From Nemertoderma westbladi (lineage: Eukaryota > Animalia > Xenacoelomorpha): DNA of 33,394 bases. A program made the position numbers and the translations under genes. This document shows, one piece after another, positions 25,417-33,394 of this stretch (within the stretch, counting starts at the first letter, position 1; every line of letters starts with the position of its first letter). The notes beneath the pieces are model-generated. The model ran no database searches, was not told where the DNA came from, and saw only the letters and a list, made by a program, of their open reading frames with translations. The stretch spans positions 1 to 33,394 of the forward strand of contig JAUCBJ010003211.1 of the NCBI GenBank assembly GCA_032718475.1, in the 5' to 3' direction.

Positions 25417-26657
25417 AAACTGGAAATTCTCAACAAAATAAAAATAAAAACAATGATAAAAACAAATGGCTACTAGAGCTCTCGCTAAGTGGACCTATCA
25501 AAATCACCCCCCACCCCTGTCTCTCAGAAATAAACCAGTTATGGGAACTTTGGTAAAAAAATGTGAAAATAAATGTCTGAGTGGGTCACCATTAAATAAA
25601 CTCGAGAATCTGGAAATAGAAACTCAGGATAATGAGTTAATGAGTTCTTTCATTTTATAGCTTACTCAGTTTTTAGTGTGTGGGGTTGGTGGATGGTGGG
25701 GTAAAAATTACAATTAATTATTTTCATTAAATTTAATTTAAAAAAATATATAAATATAAAGATTTTCCATTCCTCAAATAGATAGCCCTAGAAGAGTATG
25801 GGAGCAATCTCTTTTTTAGTAACAAATTAATTGAGACATTCATAATAAAAAAATAACTACAGTAATTGACAAACTTTATACTTCTGACCTTCATAAATGT
25901 TCCAGGCTTTAAAATTATAATCAATCAAAGGGATCAACGACAACAAGGATTTGGTATTTGGTTCCCCAAAAGGAAATATTATCGTAATGATTAGCCCAAA
26001 AGAACCCAACGTCAAACTAATCACTAATACAAGGTATAGCAACTACAAACTCTTTAGGGTCATAAAATATGTATATTAATTATCTCAAAACGTCGCTTCT
26101 TATACAGACGATAAATTGGCGTAAAGATGCAGCATTTCCTGCGCAAATGCTTTACAATTGTGTCTTTTTATCTGTCCTTCCATCTCATATTCACTCACAT
26201 TTCTTTATGGCTTGACATAACGACTTTTGATCAGTCAAGGTCAGTGATAACAGTGTCTCCAAGCGTGCTCGTTAACCACAGATCGTGTATCTGCGTGCCC
26301 CGCCCTAATAACTATCAGATTGCGTTTAAGCCATGGGTTAGTAATTTGTATTGCGTTGCGATTATTGGAATACAAGAACATTCTTTGAACTAGGCCTGTT
26401 GCTGTTCCGCTCTGCTTATGAGTTAAGAGCAGTAATATCGTCTATTCATTCCAATTTATCATTGAAATGGTTTGCTGTAGAATATAAAACTTGATAAAAG
26501 GTTTTCGATGATTCGTCGGCGCAATAATAGTGGGGCTGGGCTGTTGAGGCTTTTGAAGATGGTACTGTATATAATACTATTATTTTTAGGTGTAGGACTA
26601 CTCTCTGTATAATGTTTTAGTGTCAGTAATATATAGGATAAAATTAATTATAATTAC

Positions 26658-27658
26658 CTTAGATTATGCAATATATGCATGTATTCCTTCTGCCTGTCCT
26701 CAACAACTTTCATGAGCGCGTCGTCAATAATTCCACCAGAGGTCTCGGCGGCTTCAACGTCATGATTGGGGACATCCAGATGATTGACAGCCAGTGGAGA
26801 CCCCTCGCCGGCCGGTGTCAGCTCCAACGATTGCTGATGGTTGTCGTATTTCAACGCAGTTGTGTGGACGCTGCCCGCTTGATACTTCTTCCGCAAAAAT
26901 TTAAACATGAATATCTTCCTATCCGCAATATAAGCGAGAACCACAAGAATTGGGAAGTAAGCAAGAGTGATAACGGCCTCCAACACGTCGATAATGCCGG
27001 GGGTGATCACAGAGATAATAAGGTAGAGCCAGACATAAGCGAAGATACTGCAGGTGGAGGTTATAAAGAACACGTGTGGATGCTGAATGCGTCGGTATTC
27101 TCCATCTGGGATGCAACTTATACAGATAGCAATGATGACGAACATATTAAAGGCAGCGGAACCCACGATAGTAGAAGGGCCGAGTTCTCCCGCCCTGAAA
27201 TCGTTGCCGATTATTTCGATGACAGATAGAAGAATCTCCGGTGCGCTGGATCCCAGAGCCATCAACGTGAGGTTCGATACCGTTTCGTTCCATATCGTCA
27301 CACTCACCGTGATTTTCTCGCCGTTTGGCCGCTTTATGACGACTTCCTTTTCCTGGGATGTTATCACCTCGATGGACGACATGAATCGGTCCGCTATGAT
27401 AGAGACCCCGAGGAAAAGGTAGCAGAGCGCGGCGAAGTATACGAAAGCGCGTGCGAGCACGTCAGCGGTGGTCATCTCGCCGTTGGTTTTCCATACCGGC
27501 AGTATCAGACCTTTCTTGCACGGTTTCGCTGTGGCATTACATTCTTTGACGGTGTTGTTTGGAGTACTACCGGTCGCACTAACGCTTGAAGAAGAGTCTA
27601 CCGCATATGCGCACGTATAAAAAGTTAATATTAGAAATACTATAAGTTGGTTGCGCAT
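26658..27658 (-). CDS. NCX: Na+/Ca2+ exchanger (SLC8/NCX family), coding exon 1: signal peptide, TM1-5, alpha-1 repeat, XIP region
   Basis: ATG at 27658 with hydrophobic signal peptide (MRNQLIVFLILTFYTCAYA), CKKGLILPVW, ADRFMSSIEVITSQE, alpha-1 motif NLTLMALGSSAPEILLS, GSAAFN, XIP-like ADRKIFMFKFLRKKY. Ends at donor AAG|GTAATT (intron starts 26657). Length 1001 nt, phase 2. Confidence 0.96.
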
Positions 27659-28594
27659 TGTATATATATGTCTATAATGAAGTGCGAATGATTATTAATG
27701 TCTTGTCTGACAATTCAATTAGTATTAATGTAAAACATTAAATCGCTCATTATATCACTTTATATCTTTCGTAACTAATAATATAATACTCCCAAATAAT
27801 AAATAACCTACATTAATAAATGCATTTTGAAGATGAATATTGAAAAGTACGGGAAAGGAATGTTGTAAATATAATATAATAAAGTTTCATATCCAATATG
27901 AAATGGTAAAGGGATGTAAAAAATATAATTGTCCATGTAAAAAATACCAGGTTTTCACTTTTTGGTGGAAATTATATTGGAGTTTTATATATGAAAAATT
28001 TGTATATTTTATCATTTATCCTTATATGAGTTTATTTCTGTCTTATAACCTGTACATATACTAATTCGTTTATTGTTTTGGTTAGTTTCAGCCCTTCTGT
28101 TACCTTTTCAGTGAAAATTGGGATTCTTCACATGGGCCAATATACTTTAATTGCAGAATTGGGGATAATTAATTGATCCAAATAAATTAATTAGTGTCAT
28201 TCTATTTTTTCATTCATTCACTCTTGCTTCCTGTTATAGGCCTAACTGCTTCCCATATAAATTTATATCCGCCAGTAATATATTTATTATTTGTCCTGTA
28301 GGCAGAAGGTTAAAATATATTGTAATAAATTAAAATATAAAATACATTTTTAACATATATTGGATTACGGGGAGGGGGGGGGGGGGTCAAGTACACATGT
28401 GAAGATGTGTAGCCCTATGTGTTTAGACCTATTATTAAATAGAAGTGTTTTTCCTATTGGAACTCTAAGAATAACAAGAAACCCATTATTGACAGTGCAT
28501 TCGCAATGATATAGATGTGTTTGTTAGTTAACCACGGCCGCCAATAACCCAAAAGTCGTCTAAAATAAGAATATAAGTTTCTGATAACCGGGTT

Positions 28595-30530
28595 CATGCA
28601 GGATAGCAGCTAGTGTCAATATCAGCCGCTCAATCCATCCACACTAAATATCACGCAGGATAACAGGCAGAGTCAATATCAGCCGCTCAATCCATCCACA
28701 CTAAATATCACGCAGGATAACAGGCTGAGTCAATATCAGCCGTTCAATCCATCCACACTAAATATCATGCAGTATAACAGGCTGAGTCAATATCAGCCGT
28801 TCAATCCATCCACACTAAATATCATACAGGATAGCAGGCAGAGTCAATATCAGCCGTTCAATCCATCCACACTAAATATTATGCAGGATAGCAGCTAGTG
28901 TCAATGTCAGCCGTTCAATCCATCCACACTAAATATCACGCAGGATAGCAGGCAGAGTCAATATCAGCCGCTCAATCCATCCACACTAAATACCATGCAG
29001 GATAGCAGGCAGAGTCAATATCAGCCGCTCAATCCATCCACACTAAATATCATGCAGGATAGCAGCTAGTGTCAATATCAGCCGCTCAATCCATCCACAC
29101 TAAATATCACGCAGGATAGCAGGCAGAGTCAATATCAGCCGCTCCATCCATCCACACTAAATATCATGCAGGATAGCAGGCAGAGTCAATATCAGCCGTT
29201 CAATCCATCCACACTAAATACCATGTAGGAGAGCAGCTAGTGTCAATATCAGCCGCTCAATCCATCCACACTAAATATCACGCAGGATAACAGGCTGAGT
29301 CAATATCAGCCGTTCAATCCATCCACACTAAATATCATGCAGGATAACAGGCTGAGTCAATATCAGCCGTTCAATCCATCCACACTAAATATCATGCAGG
29401 ATAGCAGGCAGAGTCAATATCAGCCGTTCAATCCATCCACACTAAATATTATGCAGGATAGCAGCTAGTGTCAATATCAGCCGTTCAATCCATCCACACT
29501 AAATATCACGCAGGATAGCAGGCAGAGTCAATATCAGCCGCTCAATCCATCCACACTAAATACCATGCAGGATAGCAGGCAGAGTCAATATCAGCCGCTC
29601 AATCCATCCACACTAAATATCATGCAGGATAGCAGGCAGAGTCAATATCAGCCGCTCAATCCATCCACACTAAATATCATGCAGGATAGCAGGCAGAGTC
29701 AATATCAGCCGCTCAATCCATCCACACTGAATATCATGCAGGATAGCAGGCAGAGTCAATATCAGCCGCTCAATCCATCCACACTAAATACCATGCAGGA
29801 TAGCAGGCAGAGTCAATATCAGCCGCTCAATCCATCCACACTAAATATCATGCAGGATAGCAGGCAGAGTCAATATCAGCCGCTCAATCCATCCACACTA
29901 AATATCATGCAGGATAGCAGGCAGAGTCAATATCAGCCGTTCAATCCATCCACACTAAATACCATGTAGGAGAGCAGCTAGTGTCAATATCAGCCGCTCA
30001 ATCCATCCACACTAAATATCACGCAGGATAGCAGGCAGAGTCAATATCAGCCGCTCAATCCATCCACACTAAATATCATGCAGGATAGCAGGCAGCGTCA
30101 ATATCAGCCGCTCAATCCATCAACACTAAATATCACGCAGGATATCAGCTAGTGTCAATATCAGCCGCTCAATCCATCCACACTAAATATCATGCAGGAT
30201 AGCAGGCAGAGTCAATATCAGCCGTTCAATCCATCCACACTAAATATCATGCAGGATAGCAGGCAGAGTCAATATCAGCCGCTCAATCCATCAACACTAA
30301 ATATCACGCAGGATATCAGCTAGTGTCAATATCAGCCGCTCAATCCATCCACACTAAATATCATGCAGGATAGCAGGCAGAGTCAATATCAGCCGCTCAA
30401 TCCATCCACACTAAATATCATGCAGGATAGCAGGCAGAGTCAATATCAGCCGCTCAATCCATCAACACTAAATATCACGCAGGATATCAGCTAGTGTCAA
30501 TATCAGCCGTTCAATCCATCCACACTAAAT
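28595..30530. repeat. 57-bp tandem satellite, ~34 copies
   Basis: Unit CATGCAGGATAGCAGGCAGAGTCAATATCAGCCGCTCAATCCATCCACACTAAATAT; 1936 bp / 57 = 34. Confidence 0.98.
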
Positions 30531-31950
30531 ATTTCTGGTAAATATATTGTAGGACCAATACAAGTACAATGTGTCAAATAGCCAATAATAATATAATAAT
30601 CAATTCAACCACAGGCAATATATTATTAGTTACGTAGGCCTACTAAATCAGAAATTAATTAAAGTACAGGTACTGAAATTCAAACCTTATCTATGTGCGG
30701 AAATACTTCCTTCTGTAGGCCTAAATAATATATGGTAATAATAATATATGATTTATATATGATATCACAGAGACATAATTTATGTTTTTTTTTATTATGT
30801 ACAAATACTAAGAGCAAGAGCACTGTCGTGGCAATGCGCTGTCATGTATGTTGCCAGTAGGATAAATCATCACAAGATCAATTTATTTGAAAGGTAAAAT
30901 AAGCTTTGAGACACCAGCATTGTTATATAAATAACCTTTATCGGGAACTGTCACCTGTCAGTATTCTGCTGTAGAATAAACAAAGTAACAAATTGATAAA
31001 ATTTTATCCTGAGTTTGTGGACGACAGTATTTATTGGTACTTTTTTTCACTCATTAAATAAATACGATAAGCCATAAAATTATGATACCATCATTCTTTA
31101 TAAAAAGCGTGCGTGAGATAATCCTTACACCGCGTTATAAATAAAAATCTACTATAAATTTAATACTCTAATTAAATCAAAATAATGACAAATACTAAAG
31201 AACAAGTTACTTGTACCATCTGCTTGGCATGAATTATTAAATGCTCATTGGCAAGCTGGTGGTGTTTGTGAGTTTACAAGCTGGTGGAAGGGGGTGTGGA
31301 AGATATGCGTATCACATATAGGCAGTTGTGGTCGCAGGTTGTCGCATAAATAAATAAGAAGCTGTAAGATTGACAGCAATAGTTGTACCTAAGCCGGATG
31401 TTAGGCATAGATAGAACCACAAGCAAGTATTGGGTAATTATTCGAAGGGATAAGGAATGTTGGTGAGTCGCCCTAAGTCCCCCCTATCTGCAGTCCAGTT
31501 ATAGATCTCTCTGTCTCTGACGGAAAAACGAATAAAGGCCTAAGAATATTATAAGATATTTTCCATAGAAATGAAATCAGATTTCCGTTTAAAAATATTA
31601 CAAACAACTACTAAACCAGCCGCTTGGTAAAGTGTTGGTATTCCTGCTCCAACCTCGTGGGCTTCCACTCAGGAACCCCTCCTGTGTTCAATCCGTGACA
31701 GAGTTGCACAGTTTTGCCAATAGATATATAGATTTATTTCTACATTATGTAAAAACAATAACAAATACCGGTACCGGTACCGGTACCAAACAAATGTATA
31801 TATATTGTCAAAAATGACAGAGGATTACCCCTAAAGCTTTGCAGCTTATTCCCAAGGGGGTCCGGTCCTTGCTACCTACAAAGCTATATATGCTTCAGTC
31901 AAGACCCAGGCGGTCATGACAGATTGATAAAATGAGACCCAAGGAACTTT

Positions 31951-32752
31951 GGAAACAGAGTGGAAGGGTTTACTGTGGATGATCACCCATGATGGTGAAC
32001 AGGCATTCCTTTAGGAAACAGAGTGGAAGGGTTTACTGTGGATGATCACCCATGGTGGTGAACAGGCATTCTTTTAGGAAACAGAGTGGAAGGGTTTACT
32101 GTGGATGATCACCCATGGTGGTGAACAGGCATTCTTTTAGGAAACAGAGTTGAAGGGTTTACTGTGGATGATCACCCATGGTGGTGAACAGGTATTCCTT
32201 TAGGAAACAGAGTGGAAGGGTTTACTGTGGATGATCACCCATGGTGGTGAACAGGCATTCTTTTAGGAAACAGAGTTGAAGGGTTTACTGTGGATGATCA
32301 CCCATGGTGGTGAACAGGTATTCCTTTAGGAAACAGAGTGGAAGGGTTTACTGTGGATGATCACCCATGATGGTGAACAGGCATTCCTTTAGGAAACAGA
32401 GTTGAAGGGTTTACTGTGGATGATCACCCATGATGGTGAACAGGCATTACTTTAGGAAACAGAGTTGAAGGGTTTACTGTGGATGATCACCCATGGTGGT
32501 GAACAGGTATTCCTTTAGGAAACAGAGTGGAAGGGTTTACTGTGGATGATCACCCATGGTGGTGAACAGGTATTCCTTTAGGAAACAGAGTGGAAGGGTT
32601 TACTGTGGATGATCACCCTGGTGGTGAACAGGCATTCTTTTAGGAAACAGAGTGAAAGGGTTTACTGTGGATGATCACCCATGGTGGTGAACAGGCACAG
32701 GCATTCTTTTAGGAAACAGAGTGGAAGGGCGGTTTACTGTGGATGATCACCC
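31951..32752. repeat. 63-bp tandem satellite, ~12.7 copies
   Basis: Unit GGAAACAGAGTGGAAGGGTTTACTGTGGATGATCACCCATGGTGGTGAACAGGCATTCCTTTA starting at 31951, 32014, 32077 and onward. Confidence 0.98.
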
Positions 32753-33394
32753 AAGATGGATTGTGGTGTGCACTGAACACTGGTACCGGTACCCTAATAT
32801 TTCCTACGGCATAATAAGCTTAAGATTCTTCCATCCAAGATTCTTAAATATATTAATATGAAATAATTAAAGCACATTTAATAAGTTTACGTTATGTAAT
32901 AGGCCTATATTTATGCTTTACATTTAAATTTACAGTTTATTGCAATGGTATACTTGGTATTCTGTAATATTACTAATTATACCGCCAAAAACTAACAGCT
33001 CTGTGCGTGTGCACTGTGTGGTGACCCTATTGATTTGGAATGCATGGTCGATCTCGTTTCATGTAGAAATGCTCTTGGTCATAAAATTTGTAATAAATTG
33101 ACATACTGGAACATCATTAAAACTGCACTACGGCAGTGCCACAACCCCACACCAATAAGTGTCCACGTGTTTCTATACAGTAATTGCGTATTTAACCTCA
33201 GAAGTATCGTAGGTTTTTAATAAAAGCAATAATAAAGTAGGCCTAGGATACTAGCAAATGTAAAGAAAAATACGGAACAATAAGTTTAGAAAAACGTTAA
33301 GTAAAAAATTAAAAAACACTAAATTTAATTTTGAACTTGAATATGAGAGTAAAAAGGGCGGATAATGTAATGATTTTTAACACTGGCACGGGCC

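Larger units (their letters stand above)
17299..26657 (-). other. NCX intron (9359 bp, GT-AG, phase 2)
   Basis: Canonical donor and polypyrimidine/CAG acceptor; splicing joins two halves of an NCX-like protein in frame with no obvious missing domain. Confidence 0.9.

Noticed and set aside
15619-27422. Plus-strand ORFs overlapping the NCX exons
   Set aside because: Antisense shadows of a GC-rich CDS with no independent motifs.
29565-29969. 134-aa ORF with 19-aa repeats
   Set aside because: By-product of a 57-bp (3n) unit; neighbouring units contain stops in the same frame.
28595-32752. 57-bp and 63-bp arrays as CRISPR-like arrays
   Set aside because: Units are head-to-tail with no unique spacers, no cas genes, and the context is eukaryotic.

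Overview
AT-rich eukaryotic (invertebrate-like) genomic DNA. One intact protein-coding gene can be supported: a minus-strand Na+/Ca2+ exchanger (SLC8/NCX family, predicted 924 aa) in only two coding exons (27658-26658 and 17298-15525), split by a 9.36 kb phase-2 GT-AG intron. The rest is dominated by non-autonomous DNA transposons that can be typed by their target-site duplications (two 6-bp-TSD IS3EU-type MITEs, an 8-bp-TSD hAT-type element with nested inserts, 9-10-bp-TSD Mutator/foldback-type elements), two dead RTE-like LINE fragments, and tandem arrays (126/130, 35, 24, ~32, 57 and 63 bp units). The most unusual signals are: (i) one ~55-100 bp core module recurring about 9 times, usually wrapped in a different pair of inverted arms; (ii) strong enrichment of the palindromes TAGGCCTA and TACCGGTA; (iii) the intron-poor NCX with altered CBD2 Ca2+ ligands. 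No prokaryotic systems (CRISPR etc.) are supported. All alignments and counts were done by eye.
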